From the NCBI GenBank assembly GCA_014905635.1, contig JABVCE010000005.1:310001-374000 (forward strand): a stretch of DNA of 64,000 nt. Reading direction: 5' to 3'. This DNA is from Scenedesmus sp. PABB004. Taxonomy: Eukaryota. Of this stretch, positions 23,765 through 36,906 are shown piece after piece. Positions within the stretch are counted from its first letter, which is position 1; every line of letters begins with the position of its first letter. Made by a program: the position numbers and the translations under genes. Under the pieces are notes generated by a model. It did no database searches. It saw only the letters and a list, made by a program, of their open reading frames with translations, and was not told where the DNA came from.

Positions 23765-25892
23765 ATGGCGGCGGAGCAGGACGCGGAGCAGATGGACGAG
23801 GCGCGGCGCAGGCGCCGCCGCTGCTGCGCCGCTGCTGCGCCCGCCCGCGCCGCCGCAGCGCCCCGCTGCTGCCGGCTGACGAGGGCCGCCCCCCAACGAC
23901 GACGCAGGCGCTGGACTTTGGCGAGCCGGCGGCCGAGCACGGCGACGCAGCGGACGCGGACGCGGGCGGCAGCGAGCCGGACGACGGCGGCGAGCTGGCT
24001 GCCGGCGAGGCAGCGGGCGACGGCGCAGCGGGCGGCGGCGCAGCGGGCGACGGCGCAGCGGAGAACGGCGCGCCTGCAGCAGCAGCAGCAGCAGCCGGCG
24101 ACCAGGGCGGCGGCGACGCGGACACAAAGGCGCGCCGCCAGCAGCCAGCGCCGGGGCGGCGCGCCGCGCGGGGCGGCGGGCTCGCGCGGCCCCACGCCCA
24201 CGCCCGGCCCCGCGCACCGCACGCTCGCAGGGGGGCGAGCCCGCGGGCCGCAGCAGCGACCCGCTCAGCCAGCCGCCGCACGGCACCGAGGTGCGCGGCC
24301 CCGGCGGGCAGCGGCGCGGCGCGGCCGCCGCTGCCACGCCCACGGCCCCTGCTCGCCGCGCCGACGCCCTGCTGCGCCCGACGCGTGCGCGCCGCGCGCG
24401 CGCCGCCGCCGCCAGATCTACATAGCAAACCTGGCCATGGACGCCACGGACGCCCAGGTCCGGGCCTTCTGCGCCGCCATGGGCGAGGTGAGCCCCACCG
24501 CTCGCGAGGCGACGGCGCGGTGGGCCCGCGCCGCAGCTGCGGCGGCGAAGCCACGGCCGCGCCGCCGCCGCGCCGCGCGCGCGCCACAGATCTACCAGGT
24601 GCGCCTGCCCAAGAACCCGGACGGCCGCAGCCGCGGGTGAGCGCCGGCCCGCAGCGCGCCGCCGCGCCTGCGCGCGCCCGCCGCCGCCGCGCGCGCGCGG
24701 GGGGCGGCGTCGCGGCGCCGACGGCGCGCCGCCCGCGCGCCGCAGCTTTGGCTTTGTGGTCTTCACCAGCCGCGAGGCGGCGGAGAGCGCGGTGCAGCAC
24801 CTCAACGCGACGGAGCTGCCGGACCACCCGGGGCGCAAGGTGCGCGCGTGCGCACCACGCCCGCGCCTGAGCTTCGCAGCGCCATGCCACGCCTCGCCCG
24901 ACGCGCCCACGCCGCCGCCGCCGCGCCGCTGTGGCCGCTGCCTCGGCCGCCAGGTGCGCGTGAGCGCGAGCGCCGTGCGCAACCGGCTCTACTTTGGCAA
25001 CCTGCCCCGCGGCATGACGACGGCGCAGCTGGAGGAGGAGCTCGGCCGCGAGGTCCAGGGTGCGCCCGCGGCGACAGCAACGGCAGCGGCAGCCCGCGCC
25101 CCACGCCGCTCGCCGCCCCTGCGCCGCCGCGCCTGCCCGCGACCGCCCTGCCCGCCGGCGCCGTGCCCCGCCGCCGCCTGCCCCGCTGTGCTGCGCGCAG
25201 GCCTGGAGGGCGTGGAGCTGCTCGCCGACAAGGAGCGGCCGGAGCTGAACCGCGGCTTCGGGTTTGCGACCTTCTACAACTTTGCCTGCGCCGAGGCGGC
25301 GCGGCGGAAGTACGCCGACGGCGAGCGCACGTGAGCGCGCGGCGGCCGGCGCGCGGGCGGCCGGCGGCGGCGCGCCGAGCGCCGCGCCGAGCGCCGCGCC
25401 GAGCGCCGCGCCGAGCGCCGGCCCGCACCGCGCCGCAGCGTCGGCGGGCGGCCCGTGACGGTCACGTGGGCTGAGCCGCGCAAGGCGGACGCGGTGGACA
25501 CGAGCGCGGTCCGCTCCGTCTACGTCGGCGGCCTGCCGGGCAGCGTGACGGAGGAGAAGCTCACAGAGCTGTTCAAGGGCTACGGCGAGGTGACGAGCCC
25601 CGTGCCCCGCCCGCCCCGCGCGCCGCCGCCGCGCGCCCGCCGACGCCCTCCTCCTTCCCTCGCCCCGCCTCCTCCTCCCGCCCCCTGCCCCATCGCTCTT
25701 CCCTCCTCTCCCCCGCCGCAGATTGAGAAGGTGATGCTGCCGTACAGCAAGGACGACCCCAGCAAATACCGGGAGTATGGATTCGTCCACTTCAAGTGCG
25801 GGGCACGGGGCGCAGGGGCAGCGGGCGGATGGAAAGGGAGCGCGGCGGACGGCCCGGCGGCGGCCCCGCGCACGCCCGCGCGCGCACCCACT

Positions 25893-25957
<65 letters not shown>

Positions 25958-26593
25958 GGCAGGGAGCGCGCGGGCGCGCTGCAGGCGGTCGCGCGTGCGG
26001 AGGAGGACAAGCCGAGCCTGGACGGCAAGGAGCTGTCGGTGCGCCCCCGGCGGCCCCGCGCCCTGCGAGCCCTCTGCGCCAGCCGCCCTGCGCCGCGCCC
26101 ACACCGCGCCGCCCGCGCCGCGCCGCGCCCACACCGCGCCGCCCGCGCCGCGCCGCGCCAGGTCGCGCTGGCCAAGCCGCAGCCGCCGGAGCGCGAGCCC
26201 GGCGCGCGCGGCCCGCCGCGCGGCTACGGCGCCGAGCCGGGCGGGCCGCGCCGCGGCTACGGCCCGCCGCCGCCGCCGCCGCCGCGCGGGCCGCCGCCGC
26301 GCGGGGGGTACGGCCCGCCGCGCGGCCGCGGCTACGAGGACGAGTGGTACGGCGAGGAGGAGGACTGGTACGACGGCGGCGGCGGCGGCTACGGCGGCGG
26401 CGGCTACGGCGGCGGCTACGCGGCCGCGATGGGCGCCGGCGCGGTGATGATGCCGGTGCAGCTGCCCAACGGCCAGGTCGGCTACATGGTCATGCCCACC
26501 GGCGGCGGCGGCGGCGGCCCGCTGCGCCGCGGCGGCGGCTACGGCTACGGCGCCCCGCGCGGCGGCGGGGGCTACCGGTCAGCGCCATACTGA
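23765..26593 (+). CDS. Multi-RRM RNA-binding protein (hnRNP Q/R-like) with RGG/Tyr-rich tail
   Basis: IYIANL...RG|FGFVVF, RLYFGNLP...NRGFGFATF, VTWAEP, SVYVGGLP...EYGFVHF, VALAKP; ends GGGYRSAPY*. Confidence 0.9.
25893..25957. repeat. (GCC)n microsatellite in an intron
   Basis: Uninterrupted GCC run of about 20 units. Confidence 0.9.
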
Positions 26594-26759
26594 GGGAGCC
26601 GTGCGGCGCTGCGCCGCTGCTGTTGTCAACTCCCCCGTTGCCGCGCCCTGGACCGACCCGACCCCGGCCGCGCCGCGCCAGCCCGCGCGCGCACGCCTGC
26701 CGCCGCCGCCGGCAACAGCGCAGCCCCGCCGCCGTGCCGTGGTCAGCGCCGCGCCCGCA

Positions 26760-28727
26760 CTAGTGCCGCGCGAGCGCGGCGTCGAGGGCCGCCATGCCCG
26801 CGACGAGGCGGTTCCACTGCTCCGGCGCCATCGACAGCCCCTTTGACCCGGGCGCGAGCTGCCCGGCCTTGTCATAGAACTCCCGCACGCCGACGTACCA
26901 CACGCCCTTGAAGTTGGACAGCGACACCTGGCGCCTGGGCGGCGCGCGGCGGCGGCGGCGGCGGCGTGGCGGCGGCGACGCCGCGACGTCGGCCGGGGCA
27001 GGGAGGGGGGATCCCTGCGCGAGCCGCGCGCCGCGCGGCGCCCGCCGCGCGCCGCGCAGCCGCGGCGCGCACATGCTACCGAGGTCGAGCTTGAAGCCGG
27101 TGTCGCGCGCGGCGAGCGCGGCGCTGATGGCGGGCGCCGCGTCGACGACCTTGCGCCACTGGTCGGGCTTGAGCATGATGCCCTTCTTGCCAGGCAGACG
27201 CACGCCGTCCTTCTGCGCGCGCAGCCGCGAGTGGCGGCGGCGGGAACGGCGGCACGCGCGGCGGCGGCGGTGGAGCTCAGTGTCGGCGGCGGCGGCGCGG
27301 CGCGCGGGTGAGCCGCAGGGGGCGCGCCTCGCCTCGTATGTCTCCCGCAGGTCCACGCAGGCCGTGCCGGTGAAGGTGCTGATCGCGGCGCGCTTGCGGC
27401 CGCCCAGGTCGACCTCGGCGGCGTCCGCGCCGCCCGCCGCGGCGCCCGCGCCGCCGGCCGCGCCGGCCGCGGCACCGGCACCCGCCGCGCCCGCCGCGCC
27501 CGCCGCGCGCGCCGGCGCCGCGGCCTTGGGCGGCGCCGCGCCGGCGCCCGGCGGGCCCGGCGGCGCCGCGCCGGCGAGCTCCGCACCCAGCTGCGGCGCG
27601 GCAGCGGCGAGCGCGGCAAACTGCTCCGGCGAGAGCGTGACGCCGCGCTTGCCCGGCTTGAGCTCGCCGCCGCCGGCGTCGTAGCGCTCCCGGATGTCGA
27701 CCTGCGGCCGGCCCCTGCGGCGGCGGCGCGGGTGGGCACGCGGCGGCGCCCGGCGCGCGGCGCGGCACGGCCGCCCGCGCGCGGCGCGGGGCTGCCGCGC
27801 TCACTGGAAGGAGCGCGCCACGGCGTGCACGCTGCCCGGCAGCTCCACGCTGACCTCCTCGCTGCACCCCGCCGCGGCGGCGGCGGAGAGCCGCGGCAGC
27901 GCCGCCACGAGCGCGGCCCACTGCGCCGCGTCCAGGCCGATGCCCTTTTGCGTGGGGGCGGGCGCGCCGCCCTCCTTGGGCTGCGGGCCGCGGCGGCGGC
28001 GGCGGCGGCGCGCGCGGTGAGGGCGGGCCGCGGCCGATGGGCCCGGCTGCGACGCCAGCGCGCCGCCGCCGCGCCGGGGCCGCCGCAGCGCGCGCCGCAC
28101 CCGATAGAAGCTGCGGAGGTCGACCCGGGTGACGCCCTTGTACGTCACCACGCGCGCGGCCTTGAGCCCCGCGTCGTCCAGCTGCACCGCGCCCGGCAGC
28201 TCCGGGTGCGCTCCGCCGGGCGCGCCGCCGCCGCCCTGGGCCGCGGCGCCGGCGCGGCTCTTGGCGGGCCGCTGCGGCGCGGCGCCGCCGCCGGCGTCGC
28301 CGGCCGCGCGCCGCTTCTTCGCGCCCGGCGCGGCGACAAAGTCGTCGTCGCCGCCGCTCGCGGCCGCCGGGGCGGCGCCGCCCGCTGTCGCCTCGTCCGC
28401 GCGCACGCTGTCGGTGAGGTAAGTGTCAATCTCTGCCTGCGGCGGCGGCGGCGGCGCGGCGGCGGCGGTCGTGTTGGTGTGGTGTCAGGGAGGACGCCGC
28501 CGGCGACGGGCGCGGCGGCGCCGCGCGTTTGAAGGGCGGGCCCTCACCCTGATCAGCTTCTTGTGGGCCTCGACGGGGCCGAGCGACGCCGCCAGCTGCT
28601 CCCGGATCTGGCGCTCGGTGGTGGTGTCGATGTCGAGCGTCGGCAGCAGCGCGCGCAGCGCCGCCTGCACCTGCTGGGCCGTGGCCGCGACGCCGCCGCC
28701 GCGCGCGCCGCCGCCCGCCGCCGCCAT
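26760..28727 (-). CDS. KELP/PC4-like ssDNA-binding coactivator: DEK-C plus four PC4 domains
   Basis: LDIDTTTERQIREQL...HKKLIR (DEK-C); VDLRSFY..KGIGL..QW, VDIRERY..PGKRGVTL..QF, VDLRETY..PGKKGIML..QW, VGVREFY..PGSKGLSM..QW. Confidence 0.85.
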
Positions 28728-29319
28728 GGTGCGGCGCTGTGTGTTGTGGTGCAGCCCCGGCGGCCGCTGCTGAGGGGACGGCCCGGCGGGAAGCGCCGCG
28801 CGGCGCGGCGCGGCGCGGGCGAGGGCTGCTGCGCTGCTGCGCCCGAGCACTCGCCAGACGGCGGCGCGGATGCTCATGCGCCGCGCTGTGACATCGCGGG
28901 GTGGCGCATCAGCAAAGTAGCGGCCGCCGCGGCGATCGGGAGCCTCAAGAGCGCGCTGCCGCGCGCCGAGCAGCGGCGGCCGTCACGTCAAGCCCTCGAC
29001 CGCGTTGGCCTGGTGCCCCCTCGCTGCCCCGCCGCCGCACACCGGGCACGGTGGCGCACGGCGCGCGGCAGCGCCCGTTCCCTCCCTTTGCGCGCCCTCC
29101 GCCCGCAGCGGCCGCCGCACCGCAATCAGCGCGCGGCGCTGCCGCCGGCCGGGCCCGTTGCCGACGCCCGGGCGCGAACGCCAGAGCAGACGGCGCGCGG
29201 CGCGCTGACAGGCGGCGCGGGCGGTTTTGGCATCAGCAGCAGCGGCAGCAGCAGCAGCAGCAGCAGTCGCAGCAGCAGCAGCAGCAGCGGCGGCAGCGTC
29301 GGCGGCGGCACGCCCGGCC

Positions 29320-32300
29320 ATGGCGCCGCCGGCGGCGGCCTTCCGCGCGGGCGACCTGGTGTGGGTGCACATCGGCGGCCAGTACGGCTGGTGGCCGTGC
29401 CAGGTCATGGAGCCGCGCCACGTCGCGGAGGGCGCGCGGCGCGAGGCCGTGCTGCGCCTGCAGCGCCCCGGCGCGGTGCTCGTGCACTGCCACGGCGACG
29501 CGTCGTTCAACTGGTACGCGCCGCGCGACGTGCAGCCGCTGGACCACGACTACGACGCGCGCGCGGCGGCCAAGCACCGCGCGCCGGGCGTCAAGGTGCG
29601 GCAGCGGCGGCGCGGCGGCGGCGCGTCGCCTGCGTCGCCCGCCGCGCGCACCGCGCCGCGCCACGCGCCCCGAGCCGTCCCCGCGCCCCTCCCCGCCGCG
29701 CCCCTCCCCGCTGCCGCAGCGCTCCTTCAAGCTCGCGCTGGAAGAGTGGGCGGAGCTGCGCGCCGCGCGCGCGGGCGAGCCGCCCGTCACGCAGCACGGG
29801 CCCGTGGACTTCACGCGCCCTGAGACCTACCAGCACCTGCTGTCCGGCGGCGGTGGCGAGGAGGAGGAGGAGGAGGAGGACGACCCGGACGACGCCATGG
29901 CCCACCCGGCCGCGCCCGCGCCGGGCGACGCGGCGCCCGGCGCCTGCGCCGCGCTGCTGCCGTGGCTGCGCGGCGCGGCGGAGGCGCCCGAGGTCGTGTG
30001 CGAGGTGCGCGCGGCGCGGGGGCGGTGGGCGACGGGCGGGCGACGGGCGGGCCGCAGCCCGACACGCACGCGCCGACGCGTGCGTGCGCGCGCGGCACGC
30101 TCCGCCGCCGCTGCCCGCCGACGCAGGTGCTGGCCTGCAAAGGCACGCCCGCCGACGTGGCCGCGGCGATGCGGGTGCTGTGGTCTTGCGTCCACAACCG
30201 CGCGGTGCAGGAGCACGGCGCTGGTGCGCTCAGGTCCTGCAAGGCGGCCGGCAGGCGCGGCGGCAAGGGGCGGCGGCGGCAGCAGCAGCAGCCGCAGTCG
30301 CAGCAGCAGCAGCAGCAGGCGGCGGCGGCGGACGAGAGCGCGGCCAGCAGCGACGCCGGCCTCGACAGCGACGCGGAGCAGCCGGCCGCCAAGGCCAAGG
30401 CCAAGCCCAGGGCCAAGCCGGGAGCGGGCAGCGCCAAGGGCAGGGGCGGCGCCGGCGGCGCGGCGCCGGCGGCCAAGCGCCCCCGCGCCGCCAGCGCGGC
30501 GGACGCCGTCGACGGCGACGGCGACGCGGCAGGCCCGCCCAGCGGCAAGAAGGCGCCGCGCAAGCGCGTCAAGGCCGAGCCAGCGAACGGCGAGGCGCAG
30601 GGCGCCGCCGCTGCTGCGGCGAACAGCGACGCATGGCGCGCGGTCGCGGCCGACCCGGCCGAGGCGGAGCACGTCGCGCGCTACGGCGGTCCCATTCCCG
30701 GCGTCACGCTGAAGCAGGCCCTGGCGCTGGTCGCGCTGGCGGCGGTGGCGCCCGAGGCCGTAGTGGCTCGCTACAGCGCGGTGACCGCGCGCAGCGTCGC
30801 GGCGCTGCTGCGGTGGCGCGAGGCGGCCATGGAGCGCAGCGGTGCGCACATGGAGGGCGAGGTCGGGCACATCTGCTACGGCGCGCTGGAGCGCGCGGGC
30901 GCGGCACCGCCACGGCCGCCGCTCTCGTCGGCGGACGAGAGCGAGGCCATCATCAGCGATGCCGCGTTTGACAGCGACGACGAGCAGCCGCCCGCCAAGG
31001 TCAAGGCCAAGGCCAAGCCCAGGGCCAAGCCCGGAGCGGGCAGCGCCAAGCGCAGGGGCGGCGCCGGCAGCACGGCCGAGGCGGAGCGCGCGGGCGCGAC
31101 GCGCCCACCGCCGCCGCCGCAGCGGCCGCCGCCGCAGCAGGCGCCCGTGGTGCACGAGGTGACACTGCGGCACTACCGCGACCGCGTGGGCGGCGTGCCG
31201 CAGCTCATGGCCGCGCTGGAGCGCTGGTGCGACGGGCAGGGCAAGGAGCTGGTGATGCCGCAGGTGCGGCGCCGGGCGCCGCGCCCTCCCTCCCTCTCGC
31301 CCTTTCTCTCTCTCTCTCTCCACCTCCCCCCAGCGCGCTCGCCCACCACCCACGCGGCGTCGCCGCCACCGCGCTCCCCCCGCACGCAGCTGGACGGGCG
31401 CGCAGTGACGCCCGCGGAGCTGCACGCGCTGTTCGTCGCGGTCGCTGACAGGGGCGGCGCGGCCGCGGTCGCGGACCGCCGCGCCTGGCCGGCCGTGGCG
31501 CGCGGCTGGGCGCCCGCGGTCTTTGCGGCGCGCGGCAGCAAGGAGGCGTGCGACCTCGTGAAAAACCTCTACGCCAAAACCCTGGCGGGCCTCGAGGACC
31601 GGCTCAGCGCGGGCTGCCTCACGGAGCGGCGCAGGTTCAACATGCCGCCGCCCGCCGCCCCGGCGCGCGGCGCCGGCGCCCCGGGCGCGCGGCGCGCGCC
31701 GCGCGCGCGGAGCGATTCGAGTGGCGGTGCCGGCGGCGACAGCAGCGGCAGCGACGACGGCGACGCGCCCGCCGCGCGCCCGACCGCGGCGCGGAGGCAG
31801 CCGTCGCCGCCGGCGCGCAGGGCGGGCGCGGGCGCGGGCGCCGCGCCCGGCGGCGGTGGCGCGCGTGCGGCGCCCGGCGCGGCGCGGCCTGGCGCGGCGC
31901 GGCCGGGCCCGCTCGACCCCAACCGCCGCAAGCTGCTCATCGCGTTCCGGGACGGCGCCAAGCCGCCGCCGCCGCTGTGCGTGCTCAACGTCGCGCGGCG
32001 CTGGGAGGACAAGCTGTCCGCGAGCAGCCTGGCCCAGGCCCCCGGCGCGCCAGGGCGCTTCTACGTGCTGTTCAGCTCCGCCGCGCTCGCGGCGGCCGCG
32101 GCGGAGGGCCTCGCGTCGCCCGGGCGCGGCGTGCGCGCAGCGCTGCGCCTGCCCGACGGCGGCGGGCCGCTGCCGTACACGGTGGAGGTGCTCGAGGCAA
32201 CGCGGGTGCTGCGCCCGCCGGAGGCCAAGTGCGAACCGACGGCGGGGCAGCGGCAGGAGGGCTGCGCAGGGGGGCGGCGGGACGCAGCCGCCTGCCGCCG

Positions 32301-33338
32301 GCGCCGCTGAGCCGCCGCCGCTGCCGCCGCTGCCGCGGCCCGCAGGCCGCGCCCGGCCGCCGTCAAGGCCGAGCCCGGCGCCGCCGACCGCGCACTCGGC
32401 ATGCTGCCGCGGCCGCCGGGCGCCGGCCACGAGCAGCAGGCCGGCCTGGGCTTCGACCCCCACCGCGCCGCACCCGGCCCCCCGCCGCCGCCGCCGCCGC
32501 AGCAGCAGCACCAGCAGATGCTGCCGTCGCTGCACCAGCACCAGCAGCAACAGCACCAGCAGCACCAGCAGCCTCAGCAGCACCAGCAGCTCGGCGCGCC
32601 GCCGGCCGCGTACGCGGCGCCGCCGTGGCACGCCGGCCCCGGCGCCGGCGCGGGGCCGCGGCCCATGGTGTCGGCAGCGGCCGCGGCCGGCGGCTATGTC
32701 GGCATGATGGCGCCGGGGGTATCGTGCTTGCCCCGGCGCTGCCTGGCCTGGCGCCCGCGCCGGTGCTGCCGGGGCTCGCGCCCGCGCCGCCGATGCGCGC
32801 GCCCGTTGACCCGCGGCGGCGGCAGGCGCAGGCGGCGCCCGCGGCGGCCGTGCCGGCGGCCGTGCCCGCGCACGCGCCGCCGCCGGCGGAGGCGCAGCAG
32901 GCGCAGCAGGTGCCGCGGGCGCCGCAGCAGGTGCCGCAGCAGGCGCAGCAGCTGTCGCCAGGCGGTGGCGCTCAGCCGGGTGAGGCCGGCGCGCGAGCCG
33001 GGTCTGGCGGGGGCCCTGCGCGCTCGGCAGGCGGGGGGCCTGGCCGGGGGCCGCCCGCGCACGGGCGCGGGCCCCGGCCGCGCAGCTCACGTCCGCTGCC
33101 CCCACGCGCCCGCAGGCCCCGCGGCGGCGCTGCCGGCGATCAACTTTTCGATGCTCAGCCAGGTGTTCAGCACGCTCCAGCAGCAGCAGGCGCCGCCGCC
33201 GGCACAGCAGGCGCTGCCGGCGGTGGCGCAGCAGCCGGCGCCGGCGGCGCCCGTGCAGCCGGGCGCCGCCGCCGCCGCGGAGCTGGGCGCCGCGCTGGGG
33301 GACCTGCTCTCGTCGCTGCGCTCGGCGGGGGCGCGTGA
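29320..33338 (+). CDS. PWWP- and ARID-domain chromatin protein
   Basis: FRAGDLVWVHIGGQYGWWPCQV (PWWP); PQ|LDGRAVTPAELHALFVAVADRGG..V..RRAWPAVA..KNLYAKTLAGLE (ARID); Gln/Pro-rich tail. 3' end approximate. Confidence 0.8.
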
Positions 33339-33768
33339 CACTCGGCGCAGCGCATCTCCGGGGGCTGGCCCCTCCCGGTCTACGGCCAGCGGCGGGGAGA
33401 GCCAGCGGCGGCGGCGGCAGCGCACGACGGCGACGGCACGGCGCAGCGCGCCGCCGCCGCGGAGCGGCCGACTCGAGCGGCGCCGCGCGCGGCGCGGGCC
33501 GGCCCCCGGCCTGCTGTCCGTGCTGCGCGGCGCGCTGGCCGAGGGCGGGGCGTGGCGGGGCGGCTGGCTGCGCGCTGCGCGGCGGCGGCACGGGGCTGCT
33601 GTGCGTGTGCTGCGCGCGCCCCGCGGCCGCGCAGGCAGGTGCGCGCCGGTTGGTTCAAGTGTGTCACGGGGCACCCGCTCGCGGCATAATGCTGCGAGAT
33701 GCCCCGCGCCCCGCACCCGCCGAGCGAGCAACACCCCGCACGGCCCACCGTCAACCGGGCCCAGCGCC
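32873..33768 (+). repeat. Segment A of second duplication (3' end of PWWP-ARID gene and flank)
   Basis: Reverse complement recurs at ~35993-36894. Confidence 0.9.
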
Positions 33769-34107
33769 GGAACGCGGGAGCGCGCGCAGCCGAGCTCCCG
33801 CGCGCCCGCACTGCCTCCAGCTCGCCCGCCAGCTGCGAGCGCCGGCGCTCTCAGAGCACACGCCGGCTCAGCTCATTCACGCGACGGGCCGTTGCGCGGG
33901 CCCGCAGCAGGCGCACGGCAGCCAGGGGCAGGCAGTCGCCAATCAACACTGGCGCCCAGCACGCCACGTGCCTGGTGTCCCGGCACGGCACGCGCCTGAA
34001 GCCACGGGCAGCGCGCGGGGTCCAGCGCCAGCAAGGACCGGCCAAGCGGCGGCGGCGCGGCGGCGGGGCGGCGGCGACAGCGCGCACCCGCTGCCGCACC
34101 ACCAACG

Positions 34108-35740
34108 ATGAAGTTCGGGTGCGCCCGAGCGCGCCTGCGCGGCGCCGTGCAAGCGCTAGCGGCTGCAGCGCACGGGCCCCGCGCGCCGCGCGGCCGCGGG
34201 GGCGCGCCGCTGACGCCGGCCCGCCCCGCGGCGGCGCGCGCGCCGTCACCGCAGCAAGATGCTGCAGCGCGTGACCGAGGGCATGGGCCCGGAGCTGGAA
34301 GACCTCTTTGTGCGCTACAAGGAGCTAAAGAAGTACCTGAAGACCATGAAGAAGCAGCCAAGTGAGCGCGGCGGCGGCGCTCCCGGCGTGCGTCTGCCGG
34401 CGGGGGGACTCTGCCCGGCCGCCGGGGCGTCGGCGCTGACACTACGCGCCGCGCGCGCGCACACTCGCAGACGCGGGCGGCGGCGAGCAGCAGGCCGGCG
34501 CGCCCGAGCAGCAGCAGCAGGAGCAGCAGCAGCAGCAGGAGCAGCACCAGCCGGAGCAGCCGCCGCCGGAGCAGCAGCAGCCGCCGGAGCAGCACCAGCG
34601 GGAGCGGCCGCCGCCGGAGCAGCCGCTGGAGCACGAGGACAACAACCAGTGCGCCCCCGACGGCGCGCTGTCGGCGGAGGAGACTGCGTTCGTGCACACG
34701 CTCAACGAGGTGCGCACCGCCGGGCGCCGCCGCCGGCCGCCGCGGCCGCGCGCGCGCGCCGCCCCCGCCGCGGCCCGCTCACTTCACGCCGACCGCCGGC
34801 GCCCCGCGCCCCCGCCGCCTGTGTTACTGACAGGATCTGCTGCGCTTCAACCGCTTCTTCATTGACAAGGAGGAGGACAGCGTCATGACGCTGCAGGCGC
34901 TCAGCGACCGCATCGTCGCGGCGGCCAGCGCGGCCGAGCTGACCGCGCTCAAAGCGGAGCTCGTCGACTTCCACGGCCAGATGGTGCTGTTACTCCACTG
35001 GTCGCTTCTGAATTACGCCGCTGTGGTCAAGATCCTCAAGAAGCACGGTGCGCCGCGGCGGCGCCGCCCGCGCCGCCAGCCCGCGCCGCGCCGCGCCGCC
35101 CGCCCGCCCGCCGACGCGCCGCGCCCGCCCGTCCGGCAACGCAGACAAGCGCTCGGGCCTGCTCCTCCGCGCGCCGTACCTGGCCAACGTGCTGCAGCAG
35201 CCCTTCCATTCCACGGGCGTGCTCAGCCGGCTGGTCAAGACGGCTGAGGGGCACATCAACGACCTGCTGGCAAAGCAGCAGCGAGCCCAGGGTGGCGAGG
35301 CCGCGGAGAGCGCGCCGCCGCCGGCGGCGGCGGGCGCAGCGGGCGCGGCGCCGCCGGCCGCGGCCGAGCAGCGCGCGCCCGACGCGGCCGCCGCGGCGGC
35401 CGCGGCGGCGGCCGAGGGTGAGGCCAGCAGCGACGAGGAGTCGGCCGACGACGGCACGCTGCCGGTGGACACCGCCGTGTTTGCGCGGACGCGCATGGCG
35501 CTGGAGACGTGGGCGTCCCTCAGCAGCAACGCCTCGACGCCCAGCACCGTGCTGCCGCCGAGCAGCGGCGAGCTCATGCGCCAGCTGCGCGTGCGGCAGC
35601 GCTGGGCGCGGCTCGTGGGCGTGCCGCCCGGCGGCACGCGGCCGGCGGAGGAGGGCGCCGTGGCGGGCGAGGCGGCGCCGCCGCAGCACGAGGCGCCGCA
35701 GCTGGACGAGCAGGGCGCCGCAAAGAAGCCGCGCTGCTAA
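34108..35740 (+). CDS. SPX-domain-only phosphate-signalling protein
   Basis: MKFG|K, YKELKK, LNE|DLLRFNRFFIDKEED, VDFHGQMVLLLHWSLLNYAAVVKILKKH|DKRSG, VLQQPF. Confidence 0.92.
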
Positions 35741-35992
35741 GCTGCGCCTGCACCTGCGCTTTTGGCTGGCGTCTGTCCGTCACTGCACACTAGAACCTCG
35801 GGCGCGCGCGGATTGGCGGCGCCCGGGGCGCCGGCGCTGATTTGCGCCCGGGCAGCTTGCTCTTGGTTTGGGCTCTGTCACCATCGAGCGGAGGGCGCCT
35901 GCGCCGCCATGCGCCGCCGGCCGCGAGAGCAAGGGTGTGCGTTGCCCTTGCGCGCGCGCGTGTGAGTGTGTGCGCGTGTGTGCGTGTGTGCG

Positions 35993-36894
35993 CTGGCGCG
36001 GGGCCTGGTTGACGGTGGGGTCGTGCGCGCCGTGCGGGGTGTTGCTCGCTTGGCGGGTGCGCGGCGCGGGGCATCTCGCAGCATTATGCCGCGAGCGGGT
36101 GCCCCGTGACAAAACTTGAACCAACCGGCGCGCACCTGCCTGCGCGGCCGCGGGGCGCGCGCAGCACACGCACAGCAGCCCCGTGCCGCCGCCGCGCAGC
36201 GCGCAGCCAGCCGCCCCGCCACGCCCCGCCCTCGGCCGGCGCGCCGCGCAGCGCGGACAGCAGGCCGGGGGCCGGCCCGCGCCGCGCGCGGCGCCGCTCG
36301 AGTCGGCCGCTCCGCGGCGGCGGCGCGCTGCGCCGTGCCGTCGCCGTCGTGCGCTGCCGCCGCCGCCGCTGGCTCTCCCCGCCGCTGGCCGTAGACCGGG
36401 AGGGGCCAGCCCCCGGAGATGCGCTGCGCCGAGTGTCACGCGCCCCCCGCCGAGCGCAGCGACGAGAGCAGGTCCCCCAGCGCGGCGCCCAGCTCCGCGG
36501 CGGCGGCGGCGCCCGGCTGCACGGGCGCCGCCGGCGCCGGCTGCTGCGCCACCGCCGGCAGCGCCTGCTGTGCCGGCGGCGGCGCCTGCTGCTGCTGGAG
36601 CGTGCTGAACACCTGGCTGAGCATCGAAAAGTTGATCGCCGGCAGCGCCGCCGCGGGGCCTGCGGGCGCGTGGGGGCAGCGGACGTGAGCTGCGCGGCCG
36701 GGGCCCGCGCCCGTGCGCGGGCGGCCCCCAGCCAGGCCCCCCGCCTGCCGAGCGCGCAGGGCCCCCCGCCAGACCCGGCTCGCGCGCCGGCCTCACCCGG
36801 CTGAGCGCCGCCGCCTGGCGACAGCTGCTGCGCCTGCTGCGGCACCTGCTGCGGCACCCGCGGCACCTGCTGCGCCTCCGCCGGCGGCGGCGCG
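35993..36894 (-). repeat. Inverted copy A' of 32873-33768
   Basis: Carries the exon encoding INFSMLSQVFSTLQQQQ on the minus strand. Confidence 0.9.
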
Positions 36895-36906
36895 GCCGCT
36901 CGCCCG

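Noticed and set aside
25372..26160. Short intronic tandem repeats (12-mer x4, ~31-mer x2, GCC run)
   Set aside because: Typical slippage products inside introns; no sign of function.
22056..33591. Very long Ala/Arg/Gly/Pro-rich ORFs (1358 aa and 1254 aa on the minus strand) and many similar ones
   Set aside because: Antisense or off-frame shadows of real genes; stop codons are rare at this GC content and no motifs are present.
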